A stretch of DNA of 64,000 bases from Chitinophaga pinensis (GTDB lineage Bacteria > Bacteroidota > Bacteroidia > UKL13-3), in contig CAMAWM010000009.1 of the NCBI GenBank assembly GCA_945861965.1, forward strand, positions 1,742 to 65,741. Direction: 5' to 3'. Below the pieces are notes generated by a model that saw only the letters and a list, made by a program, of their open reading frames with translations, ran no database searches and was not told the origin of the DNA. The position numbers and the translations under genes were made by a program. Shown one piece after another: positions 41,477 through 50,610 of this stretch. Positions within the stretch are counted from its first letter, which is position 1; each line of letters begins with the position of its first letter.

Positions 41477-43492
41477 ATGCAATTTCAACTTACTTCTGAA
41501 TACCGACCAACTGGCGATCAACCCGCTGCAATTAAATCCTTAGTGGATGGATTGATCGATGGCGAAAAAGCGCAGGTATTGCTTGGAGTAACAGGTAGCG
41601 GAAAAACTTTTACAATAGCAAATGTAGTTCAACAAGTGCAACGGCCTATTTTGGTTTTATCACACAATAAAACGTTGGTTGCGCAATTGTATAGCGAATT
41701 CAAACAGTTTTTCCCTGAAAACATAGTCGAGTATTTTGTTTCATATTACGATTATTACCAACCAGAAGCGTTTATTCCATCCTCAGGAACTTATATCGAA
41801 AAAGATTCGAGCATAAACGAAGAGATTGAAAAAATGAGATTGGCAACTATTTCATCCCTTTTGTCTGGGAGAAGAGATATAATAGTTGTGGCATCTGTGA
41901 GTTGCATCTATGGTGCAGGAAATCCAAAGGATTATGAAAATAGCATTATTCGACTTCGTGTCGGTCAAAAAATTGCGAGAAATACATTGCTGTATTCATT
42001 GGTTGATTCGTTGTACTCAAGAACAACAGCAGAATTTAATCGAGGCAATTTTCGTGTAAAAGGCGATGTAGTTGATGTATTTCTGGCTTATGCAGATTTT
42101 GCTTTTAGGATTTCATTTTTTGCAGATGAGATTGAAAGTATTGATAAAATAAATCCAATAAGCGGAAAAAAATATCAGAGCGAAAACGATGTTGCCATAT
42201 TTCCGGCAAATATATATGTAACACCTCGCGAACAGCTAAATTCTGCAATGCACGAAATTCAAGACGATCTAATAAAACAACTAGATTATTTAAAAACAAC
42301 TGGAAAATTTATTGAAGCAAAACGATTAGACGATCGTGTGAATTTTGATTTGGAAATGATGCGCGAGTTGGGTTATTGCAGTGGAATTGAAAATTACAGC
42401 CGCTATATGGATAGGAGGCAAGCAGGGGAAAGGCCTTTTTGCTTGATTGATTATTTCCCCAAAGATTTTTTATTGATTGTTGACGAAAGCCATGTAAGCA
42501 TTCCACAATTGCGAGGGATGTATGGTGGAGATAGAAGCAGAAAACAAAACTTGGTTGAGTATGGATTTCGATTACCAGCTGCAATGGATAATCGGCCATT
42601 GATGTTTAATGAATTTGAAAGCGTTGTAGGTCAAACTATTTATCTAAGCGCAACTCCTGCCGAATATGAAATAAGAGAAGCCGAAGGAGTTGTAGTTGAA
42701 CAAATAATTAGGCCAACCGGATTGCTTGATCCAATAATTGAAATTCGCCCATGTTTAAATCAAGTGGATGATTTATTAGATGAAATTGATGAAAGAATTA
42801 AAATGGGCGATCGCATTTTAATTACAACATTGACAAAAAGAATGGCGGAAGAGTTGAGTAAATACATGGCGAAATTAAATATTAAATGCCAATACATTCA
42901 TAGCGAAGTAAAGACTTTAGACAGAGTTGAGATTTTGAGAAACTTGCGACTTGGAATTATTGATGTATTAATTGGAGTCAACTTATTAAGAGAAGGATTG
43001 GATTTACCCGAAGTAAGTTTTGTAGCCATTATGGATGCCGACAAAGAAGGTTTTTTGCGTAGCGAAAGATCCTTAACTCAAACGATAGGAAGAGCTGCAC
43101 GAAACGAACGCGGAAAAGTAATAATGTATGCCGACAGAGTTACTGATAGTATGCAAAAAACCATTGACGAAACCAATAGAAGAAGAGAAAAACAAATAGC
43201 TTATAATTTATTGCACAACATTACTCCTACAACAATTAAACGAACGCGCGAAGAAATATTGAAACAAACAAGCATAGCAGATTCCAAACAACATGGTGAG
43301 GTAAATGCGTATATCGAATCATCAGAAATCAAGATTGCAGCAGATCCAATTTTAGAATATTTATCTAAAGATAAAATTAAAAAACTACTTGACGAAACTG
43401 AAAAAAGAATGAAACGAGCAGCTAAAGAAATGGATTTTATGGAAGCTGCAAGATTAAGAGACGAAATGTTTGAATTGCAGAAAATGTTGTAA
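41477..43492 (+). CDS. uvrB: excinuclease ABC subunit B
   Basis: GVTGSGKT, YYDYYQPEA beta-hairpin, DESH, QTIGRAAR, C-terminal UVR domain. Confidence 0.98.
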   Translation: MQFQLTSEYRPTGDQPAAIKSLVDGLIDGEKAQVLLGVTGSGKTFTIANVVQQVQRPILVLSHNKTLVAQLYSEFKQFFPENIVEYFVSYYDYYQPEAFIPSSGTYIEKDSSINEEIEKMRLATISSLLSGRRDIIVVASVSCIYGAGNPKDYENSIIRLRVGQKIARNTLLYSLVDSLYSRTTAEFNRGNFRVKGDVVDVFLAYADFAFRISFFADEIESIDKINPISGKKYQSENDVAIFPANIYVTPREQLNSAMHEIQDDLIKQLDYLKTTGKFIEAKRLDDRVNFDLEMMRELGYCSGIENYSRYMDRRQAGERPFCLIDYFPKDFLLIVDESHVSIPQLRGMYGGDRSRKQNLVEYGFRLPAAMDNRPLMFNEFESVVGQTIYLSATPAEYEIREAEGVVVEQIIRPTGLLDPIIEIRPCLNQVDDLLDEIDERIKMGDRILITTLTKRMAEELSKYMAKLNIKCQYIHSEVKTLDRVEILRNLRLGIIDVLIGVNLLREGLDLPEVSFVAIMDADKEGFLRSERSLTQTIGRAARNERGKVIMYADRVTDSMQKTIDETNRRREKQIAYNLLHNITPTTIKRTREEILKQTSIADSKQHGEVNAYIESSEIKIAADPILEYLSKDKIKKLLDETEKRMKRAAKEMDFMEAARLRDEMFELQKML

Positions 43493-43496
43493 AGTT

Positions 43497-44111
43497 TTAT
43501 TTCCCAAAGTAAAATCCTACTCGAATATCGAAAGGGTCAGAATAAAAATTATACGCTGAATTTTTATCGTACATTACATTGTATAGAAACATAATATAAG
43601 CATTACCTTGAGAGTATCCGCCACCCAAAAAAAGATTGTCTGACCAACTTCTAACGGAGCCAATATCGCCATTGTTTTTTTCGTAAAATCGGCTGTAACT
43701 AAGTCCTAGATATTCACCATAAATAAAAAGATTTTCTAACACATTGAAACGAGCAAAAAGTCCTGGCCCATATATGTTGTCCGAAACTATAATTGGCTTA
43801 TTGTTATAATTAAAGTATGTGTTAGATACGTACATATACAATGGACTAATTCCAACTGCAAAATTTTCTGAAAGTTTGTATCCTATATTTGGTTGAAGTA
43901 ATATACGTGAATAGCCATTGCTAATCGAACCTCCAAAATTCCCTCCGAAAAATAAATTGTCTTTCCAACTATCGTCTTTTCCGTAATCGCGCTCTTCAGA
44001 TTTTTGTTCGTCTTGTTTTTGTTCATCCAATTCTTTTACTTTTCGTTGCGCTTGTGCATTGAAACTAAAAAGTATAATTGGTATCATTGCAACTAATAAA
44101 TTATTTTTCAT
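43497..44111 (-). CDS. hypothetical outer-membrane beta-barrel protein
   Basis: Signal peptide (AQAQ), FFGGNFG, amphipathic strands, terminal RVGFYF. Confidence 0.6.
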   Translation of the reverse strand: MKNNLLVAMIPIILFSFNAQAQRKVKELDEQKQDEQKSEERDYGKDDSWKDNLFFGGNFGGSISNGYSRILLQPNIGYKLSENFAVGISPLYMYVSNTYFNYNNKPIIVSDNIYGPGLFARFNVLENLFIYGEYLGLSYSRFYEKNNGDIGSVRSWSDNLFLGGGYSQGNAYIMFLYNVMYDKNSAYNFYSDPFDIRVGFYFGK

Positions 44112-44214
44112 TTCGATTAATTGATTAAAGTCTTCACAAATTTATAAAGTTTGAATTGGTTTATTCAAGTTTCAAGTATTTAATTTGACAAAAATAATAA
44201 CGTCAATTTTTTCA

Positions 44215-45294
44215 ATGAGTAAAATACATAACTTTTCGGCAGGACCAGCTATACTTCCGCAATCAGCAATTGATGCAAGCATTGAAGCATTGAAGAATTT
44301 TTCCAACACCGGTTTGTCCTTAATTGAAATTAGTCACCGAAGTAAAGAATACGAGGCGGTATTAAGAGAAGCTTGCGAGTTGGTCAAAGAAATTTTAAAT
44401 CTAGGAAACGATTACGATGTGGTTTTTCTACAAGGCGGAGCAAGTCTTCAATTCGATATGGTTCCTATGAATTTATTAAACGAAAACGGAACGGCTTGTT
44501 ATATAAATTCTGGAGTGTGGGCAAGCAAAGCAATTAAAGAAGCAAAATATTTTGGAAATGTAAATGTTGTGGCAAGTAGCGAGGATAAAAACTTTAGCTA
44601 CATTCCTAAAGATTATACAATTCCTGCAGATGCCAATTACTTCCATTGTACAAGCAACAATACAATTTACGGAACCGAGATGTTTGAATTTCCCCATTCG
44701 CCAATTCCAATGATTTGCGATATGAGTAGCGATATATTTAGTCGCCCTTTTGATGCTGGAAAATTTTCATTAATTTATGCAGGCGCTCAAAAAAATATGG
44801 GACCAGCCGGAACAACATTAGTTATAATTAAAAAAGGATTGCTTGGAAAAGTTACACGAAAAATTCCAAGTATGTTAGAGTATAAAAACCATATTGAAGG
44901 AGAAAGCATGTACAACACTCCAAGTGTTTTTGCAATATTCGTTTGTATGCATACTTTACGATGGATAAAATCAATTGGACTTGAAGCAATGGAAGCGCGA
45001 AACATAGAAAAATCTAATTTACTATACTCTGAAATTGACAGAAATTCAATATTTGAAGGAACGGTAGCGATTGAAGACAGAAGCCGAATGAATGTAAATT
45101 TTGTTTTGAAAAACAAAGAATTTGAAGACGATTTTTTAAAACTTTGCAAACAAAGAAACCTTAACGGATTAAAAGGACATCGATTGGTTGGCGGATTGCG
45201 CGCCTCTTTATACAATGCATTGGAAATAGAAAGCGTACAAGCTTTGGTTGAAACAATGCAAGAATTTGAAAACGAAAAAAATAAATCTAACTAA
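44215..45294 (+). CDS. serC: phosphoserine aminotransferase
   Basis: HNFSAGPA, FLQGGA, DMSSD, YAGAQKNMGPAG, GHR.VGG.RASLYNA; start ATG 44215. Confidence 0.97.
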   Translation: MSKIHNFSAGPAILPQSAIDASIEALKNFSNTGLSLIEISHRSKEYEAVLREACELVKEILNLGNDYDVVFLQGGASLQFDMVPMNLLNENGTACYINSGVWASKAIKEAKYFGNVNVVASSEDKNFSYIPKDYTIPADANYFHCTSNNTIYGTEMFEFPHSPIPMICDMSSDIFSRPFDAGKFSLIYAGAQKNMGPAGTTLVIIKKGLLGKVTRKIPSMLEYKNHIEGESMYNTPSVFAIFVCMHTLRWIKSIGLEAMEARNIEKSNLLYSEIDRNSIFEGTVAIEDRSRMNVNFVLKNKEFEDDFLKLCKQRNLNGLKGHRLVGGLRASLYNALEIESVQALVETMQEFENEKNKSN

Positions 45295-45308
45295 ATAATA
45301 GCGAATAA

Positions 45309-46274
45309 ATGATTAAAATATTAGCCAACGATGGAATTGATGCAAATGGGAAAAAAATGCTCGAAGAAGCTGGTTTCATTGTTGATACAAATAAAATTCC
45401 ACAAGAGAAATTAATTTCAGAACTAAACAATTTTGACGCAATTTTAATTCGCAGCGCTACAAAAATTCGAAAAGAATTAATTGATGCCTCGCCAAATTTA
45501 AAATTAATTGGAAGAGGAGGTGTTGGGATGGACAATATTGATATTGAATATGCCAAGAAAAAAGGAATAAAAGTTATAAATACTCCTGCATCTTCTTCAA
45601 TTAGCGTTGCAGAATTGGTATTTGCACATTTATTTTCATGCGCTAGATTCATTCAAATAAGCAATCGTGCAATGCCAGTAGAAGGCAATACGAAATTTAA
45701 TTCATTAAAAAAAGACGCTTCAAACGGACTGGAAATTCAAGGCAAAACCATGGGAGTTTATGGTTTTGGGAGAATTGGACAAGAGGTTGCAAAAATTGCA
45801 GTCGGATTAGGTATGAATGTACTTGCGTTTGATCCGTATGTTAGCCAAGTTGATTTAAGTTTGAATTTGCCAGCGCTAGGAAATAACTCAAGAATTAAAG
45901 TAACAATAAAAACAGTTTCAGAAGAGAAAGTTGTTGCTGAAAGTGATTTTATAACATTTCATTTGCCGTTTAACGAAGGATCAAAACCTATTGTTGACGC
46001 TCCAAAAATTGCAAAAATGAAAAAAGGTGTTGGTTTAATTAATTGTTCGCGCGGTGGAGTTATTAGCGAATCAGATTTATTAGATGCATTAAATTCTGGA
46101 CAAGTAGCCTTTGCAGGATTGGATGTTTTTGAAAAAGAACCACCCGAAAATACCGCAATACTAAAACATCAAAATCTGTCTATGAGTCCGCATATTGGTG
46201 GAAGTACAAAGGAAGCTCAAAACAGAATTGGCTTAGAATTAGCCGAAAAAGTAATTGAGTATTTTAGAAAATAA
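45309..46274 (+). CDS. serA: D-3-phosphoglycerate dehydrogenase (short form, no ACT domain)
   Basis: RGGVG.DNID, GFGRIG, N.SRGG, LDVFE.EP, PHIGGST; follows serC. Confidence 0.85.
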   Translation: MIKILANDGIDANGKKMLEEAGFIVDTNKIPQEKLISELNNFDAILIRSATKIRKELIDASPNLKLIGRGGVGMDNIDIEYAKKKGIKVINTPASSSISVAELVFAHLFSCARFIQISNRAMPVEGNTKFNSLKKDASNGLEIQGKTMGVYGFGRIGQEVAKIAVGLGMNVLAFDPYVSQVDLSLNLPALGNNSRIKVTIKTVSEEKVVAESDFITFHLPFNEGSKPIVDAPKIAKMKKGVGLINCSRGGVISESDLLDALNSGQVAFAGLDVFEKEPPENTAILKHQNLSMSPHIGGSTKEAQNRIGLELAEKVIEYFRK

Positions 46275-46402
46275 TTGCTATTATTCTTAATTTATTTAAG
46301 CTGTTTATACTTATTTCAAATAGGATTTAATTACATAATTTAACTCCTTTAAAATTTAAAACTTGTTTCGAATCTATTTTTTTGCAATATTTGTAGTGAT
46401 TT

Positions 46403-47095
46403 ATGCTTAGAATTAACATTATACTACTGCTTTCATTTTTTATTAGTTTTGAAGTAAAATCTCAAAACGATGAAAATCCAGTTGCCATTTACAGCAATGT
46501 TGGATACCATATTACAGATTTTACAGAAAATACACCCACAACTTTTTACGGAGATTTAGGAGTAAAATATAATTTTTTCGAAGGTTTGTCTGCCTATATT
46601 GGATTGAATTATACATGGTTTTTTAGAGGATACAATGTTAATAACGGTTATGTAAGAAGGTACAATACAGAAATGTATGGGATTGACATTGGTGGAATAT
46701 ACGAATTTGAATTAAATGGAGGTTGGCGCCCTGGAATTGGAGCTGCAATGAATTTCAATAAATTTAAAACAAGTTCAACTAAAGCAAGTATAAATACTGG
46801 ACTTGACAGCATAACTACTGAGCTTAATTGGCCTTTTTCAAAACCAATTTACAATTATAAATTAATGCTTCAAGTTAGAAAAAATCTTGGGGATGTAATA
46901 GATATGCAATTAGGTTTTTGTTATAATTTTCTCGAGTCGTATTATGCTGACGATTACGCACCAACTCCTAAATTAGACAAATACTATACGATTTATTTCG
47001 GCTTGCTGTACAAAGTTGGCTCAAGCCCAGGATTAAAAAAAGCAAAAGCTCCGAAGAGGAGATTCTCAAAAAAAATAAGCTGTCCTACCTTCTAG
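46403..47095 (+). CDS. outer-membrane beta-barrel protein with basic C-terminal tail ending CPTF
   Basis: Signal peptide, about 8 amphipathic strands, KKAKAPKRRFSKKISCPTF tail. Confidence 0.6.
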   Translation: MLRINIILLLSFFISFEVKSQNDENPVAIYSNVGYHITDFTENTPTTFYGDLGVKYNFFEGLSAYIGLNYTWFFRGYNVNNGYVRRYNTEMYGIDIGGIYEFELNGGWRPGIGAAMNFNKFKTSSTKASINTGLDSITTELNWPFSKPIYNYKLMLQVRKNLGDVIDMQLGFCYNFLESYYADDYAPTPKLDKYYTIYFGLLYKVGSSPGLKKAKAPKRRFSKKISCPTF

Positions 47096-47110
47096 TTACA
47101 CTTCAATATT

Positions 47111-48064
47111 TTAATTTTCGATAAAAGAACCCATTGATGAAAATTTTTGGATTCGTGTATCTATTAGTTTCTTAGGCGAAAGCTTTTTCAACTCATTTAA
47201 TAATTTAATCACCTCTGATTTAAAAATCTGATAGGATTCAATAGGATTTTCATGTGCGCCACCAAGCGGTTCAGGTATCACTCCATCAATTAATTTATTT
47301 TTCAACATATCTTCAGCCGTAAGCTTTAAAGCATCGGCTGCTTTTTCTTTGTGCTCCCAACTTCTCCATAAAATAGAAGAACAACTCTCTGGTGAAATTA
47401 CAGAATACCAAGTATTTTCCATCATCATTACTCTGTCTCCAACTCCAATCCCCAATGCTCCGCCACTTGCTCCTTCGCCAATAATTATACAAATTATTGG
47501 AACTCTCAACATGCTCATTTCCATTAAATTTTTAGCAATGGCTTCTCCTTGTCCACGCTCTTCGGCATCCAATCCTGGAGATGCTCCAGGCGTATCAATT
47601 AATGTAATAATTGGTTTATTAAATTTTTGCGCTAGTTTCATTAATCGCAATGCTTTCCTGTACCCTTCAGGGTTAGGCATTCCGAAATTTCTAAATTGTC
47701 TTTGTTTGGTATTTCTACCTTTTTGATGGCCAATTACCATTACAGTTTCACCATTAAATGTTGCAAAACCGCCTACTATTGCTTTGTCGTCTTTTACATT
47801 GCGATCGCCATGCAATTCAATAAAATTCTCGAAACAATTTTCTATATAATCCAATGTATAAGGTCTATCTGGATGACGACTGATTTGCACACGTTGCCAA
47901 CCATTGAGATTTTTATACAATGACTTTTTAGTCTCAATTATTTTTTGCTCCAATTCTTTAATACTTGCCGAAACATTTACTTTTCCTTTTTCTGCAACCT
48001 CTTTAACTTTTTTCAGTTGCTCTTCCAAGTCCTGAATTGGTTTCTCAAAATCAAAATATGCCAT
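47111..48064 (-). CDS. accA: acetyl-CoA carboxylase carboxyltransferase alpha subunit
   Basis: [37 protein letters not shown]. Confidence 0.98.
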   Translation of the reverse strand: MAYFDFEKPIQDLEEQLKKVKEVAEKGKVNVSASIKELEQKIIETKKSLYKNLNGWQRVQISRHPDRPYTLDYIENCFENFIELHGDRNVKDDKAIVGGFATFNGETVMVIGHQKGRNTKQRQFRNFGMPNPEGYRKALRLMKLAQKFNKPIITLIDTPGASPGLDAEERGQGEAIAKNLMEMSMLRVPIICIIIGEGASGGALGIGVGDRVMMMENTWYSVISPESCSSILWRSWEHKEKAADALKLTAEDMLKNKLIDGVIPEPLGGAHENPIESYQIFKSEVIKLLNELKKLSPKKLIDTRIQKFSSMGSFIEN

Positions 48065-48168
48065 AATTAATTTAATAGTTTTTCTAAAAACAATTTAATA
48101 CAGAAGTGTTTTTAGAGAGCGCAAGTTTAATGATAGAAATTGTTTTATTAAAATTTTTATCTAATCAC

Positions 48169-48198
48169 TTGAAAAAGGGAAATATCGTTCTATATTTG
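48169..48198 (+). promoter_or_regulatory. sigma-A promoter of the tRNA-Asp/tRNA-Arg operon
   Basis: TTG (48169) - 19 nt - TATATTTG (48191), matching the Bacteroidota -33/-7 consensus. Confidence 0.75.
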
Positions 48199-48222
48199 CA
48201 TCGCTATTTCAGCAAACAAAAT

Positions 48223-48299
48223 GGTGTGGTAGTTCAGCTGGTTAGAATACGTGCCTGTCACGCACGGGGTCGCGGGTTCGAGTCCCGTCCGCACCGCCA
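48223..48299 (+). tRNA. tRNA-Asp(GTC)
   Basis: GGTGTGG...CGTGC-CTGTCAC-GCACG...GGTTCGAGTCC...CCGCACCG plus CCA. Confidence 0.96.
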
Positions 48300-48310
48300 G
48301 TAGTTAGTTT

Positions 48311-48384
48311 GGTTTCGTAGCTTAACTGAACAGAGCATCTGATTACGGATCAGAAGGTTACAGGTTTGAATCCTGTCGAGACCA
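48311..48384 (+). tRNA. tRNA-Arg(ACG)
   Basis: GGTTTCG acceptor, TCTGA-TTACGGA-TCAGA anticodon arm, ACAGG-TTTGAAT-CCTGT T arm. Confidence 0.9.
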
Positions 48385-48399
48385 CAAAAGATAATTGTT

Positions 48400-48434
48400 A
48401 GCCCACTATTAAACTTAATAGTGGGCTTTTTATT
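48400..48434 (+). terminator. intrinsic terminator after the tRNA pair
   Basis: AGCCCACTATTAA-ac-TTAATAGTGGGCT followed by a T-run. Confidence 0.88.
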
Positions 48435-48493
48435 TGTTGATTACAAAAACCTATTTTCGTGTTTGATAAATTCAAAAAAATATTTTCTGAAAC

Positions 48494-49693
48494 GTGAAGA
48501 GTAGAAAAATTTTATTAGCCATTACAGCAAGCATTGCAGCATACAAAGCAGCTATGCTGGTAAGACTTTTGATTAAATCAGGTGCTGAAGTGAAGGTGAT
48601 AATGACCGAATCGGCAAAAGAATTTATTACACCATTAACTTTATCCACGCTTTCAAAAAATCCTGTTTATTCAGAATTTACAACATCAAAACAAGGCGAA
48701 TGGGTAAATCATGTCGAACTTGGATTATGGGCCGACTTAATGTTGATAGCTCCAGCAACTGCAAATACCATTGCAAAAATGGCAACTGGTGTTTGCGATA
48801 ATTTAGTGCTTGCAACTTATTTGTCTGCAAAATGCCCTGTATTTATTGCTCCGGCAATGGACTTAGACATGTTTGCTCACCGCACAACTCAAAAGAATTT
48901 GAAGACTTTAGAAAGTTTTGGAAATATTATAATTGATGCGGAAACTGGTGATCTTGCAAGTGGATTGACAGGCAAAGGGAGAATGGCTGAGCCAGAAAAT
49001 ATTATTGCATTTATTGAAAATAAACTCTCGAAAAACAAGCCATTAAAAGGCAAAATAGCCTTGGTTACAGCTGGTCCGACTTATGAGAATATTGACCCTG
49101 TTAGATTTATCGGAAATTACTCAAGCGGTAAAATGGGTTATGCAATTGCTGAAAATTTAGCAGAGCAAGGTGCTGAAGTTTTTTTAGTTTCAGGACCTAC
49201 AAATTTAAAAATAAATAATTCTGCAATTAAAATTATCGATGTAAAAAATGCAGCCGAAATGTACGAGCAGTCGGTAAAATATTTCAAAAAATCAACCATT
49301 GCCGTTTTGAGTGCAGCCGTTGCTGATTATACTCCGACAAGTATTTCTTCAAATAAAATTAAAAAATCAAACGACAGTATTTTAGTAAATCTGAAAAAGA
49401 CAAAAGATATATTAAAACAGTTGGGCGCAATTAAAAAACAAAATCAAATTCTAATTGGATTTGCATTGGAAACTGATAACGAAGAAAAAAATGCGCTCAA
49501 AAAACTGAAAGAAAAAAATGCAGATATGATTGTTTTAAATTCATTGAAAAATAAAGGCGCTGGATTTAAATACGATACAAATCAAATTACAATTTACACT
49601 AAAAAAGGAGCCAAAATTCCATTCCCACTTAAATCGAAACAAGATGTCGCAAGCGACATCGTTAATCAAATAATTATTGAATTCAATGCGTAA
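48494..49693 (+). CDS. coaBC: phosphopantothenoylcysteine decarboxylase/ligase
   Basis: SIAAYKA, HVELG, APATAN, PAMD, TAGPT.E.IDPVRFI.N.SSGKMG, GFALET. Confidence 0.97.
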   Translation: MKSRKILLAITASIAAYKAAMLVRLLIKSGAEVKVIMTESAKEFITPLTLSTLSKNPVYSEFTTSKQGEWVNHVELGLWADLMLIAPATANTIAKMATGVCDNLVLATYLSAKCPVFIAPAMDLDMFAHRTTQKNLKTLESFGNIIIDAETGDLASGLTGKGRMAEPENIIAFIENKLSKNKPLKGKIALVTAGPTYENIDPVRFIGNYSSGKMGYAIAENLAEQGAEVFLVSGPTNLKINNSAIKIIDVKNAAEMYEQSVKYFKKSTIAVLSAAVADYTPTSISSNKIKKSNDSILVNLKKTKDILKQLGAIKKQNQILIGFALETDNEEKNALKKLKEKNADMIVLNSLKNKGAGFKYDTNQITIYTKKGAKIPFPLKSKQDVASDIVNQIIIEFNA

Positions 49694-50591
49694 TTTTATT
49701 TTTTGTTTAGTTCTATTTCTTTTTGCGACTGAAGGAATTTCGCAAGATTTTAATATAACCGTTAAAGTAAGCGATGCGCAAATTCAGATTTCGGATAAAT
49801 CTATTTTCAGAAGACTTGAACAAGACATCAAATCTTTTGTAACTAATTATAAATGGACTCAAGAAAAAATACAAACAAACGAAACCGTAGATCTTTACAT
49901 TGAAATTATTTTAAATTCTTACAACTCGACAAATGGAAGTGTTTCTGCTGCTGCAATCATTCAAAGTAGAAGACCTGTTTTTGGGACAAATTACAGTTCA
50001 GTAATTTTTAATTTTAGAGATGAAAATTGGGAATTTACTTACACCGATCAACAAAGATTTGATTTCAATGAAAATAGTTTCACCACAAATCTCACCTCGC
50101 TAATTGGATTTTATTGCTACTATATAATAGGATTAGATTTTGATAGTTTTGGAGAAGAGGGAGGAACTTATTATTTTAATAAAGCATCCTTGATTATGAA
50201 TCAAGCGCAACAGAGTAATATAGTTGGCTGGATGCCTTTTGAAAGAACATTAAGAACTCGATATAATTTAATTGACAATATTTTGAATGAACGATTTAGG
50301 CCAATGCGCACAGCATATTACATTTATCATCGCAAGGCAATGGATCAGTTTTCTGTAAATCAATTAGATGCAAGAAAACAAATTTTGAAATCATTAGACG
50401 AAGTCAAAAAAGTATTTTCATTGGCGCCAAATACCGTTATAATGCTAATGTTTTTTGAAGCAAAGCGTGACGAACTTATTAATATTTTTAAAGGTGCAAG
50501 CGATATCGAAAAGCCAAAAGCAATTGAAATATTAACACAATTGGATATTGCCAATGCAAGTAAATATGAAGTGATAAATCAAAATAAATAA
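49686..50591 (+). CDS. DUF4835 family protein (T9SS-associated PorD-like)
   Basis: QSRRPVFGTNY.S..FNF.D, Y.IIG.DFDSF...GG, YHR..MD; directly follows coaBC. Confidence 0.85.
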   Translation: MRNFIFCLVLFLFATEGISQDFNITVKVSDAQIQISDKSIFRRLEQDIKSFVTNYKWTQEKIQTNETVDLYIEIILNSYNSTNGSVSAAAIIQSRRPVFGTNYSSVIFNFRDENWEFTYTDQQRFDFNENSFTTNLTSLIGFYCYYIIGLDFDSFGEEGGTYYFNKASLIMNQAQQSNIVGWMPFERTLRTRYNLIDNILNERFRPMRTAYYIYHRKAMDQFSVNQLDARKQILKSLDEVKKVFSLAPNTVIMLMFFEAKRDELINIFKGASDIEKPKAIEILTQLDIANASKYEVINQNK

Positions 50592-50610
50592 TTTTTTATT
50601 TTTTAAGAAA

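Noticed and set aside
48106-48303. 65-aa ORF
   Set aside because: Overlaps the tRNA-Asp gene and its promoter; spurious.
48223-48434. Integrated island at the tRNA-Asp/Arg pair
   Set aside because: No integrase or duplicated tRNA 3' end; core coaBC follows directly.
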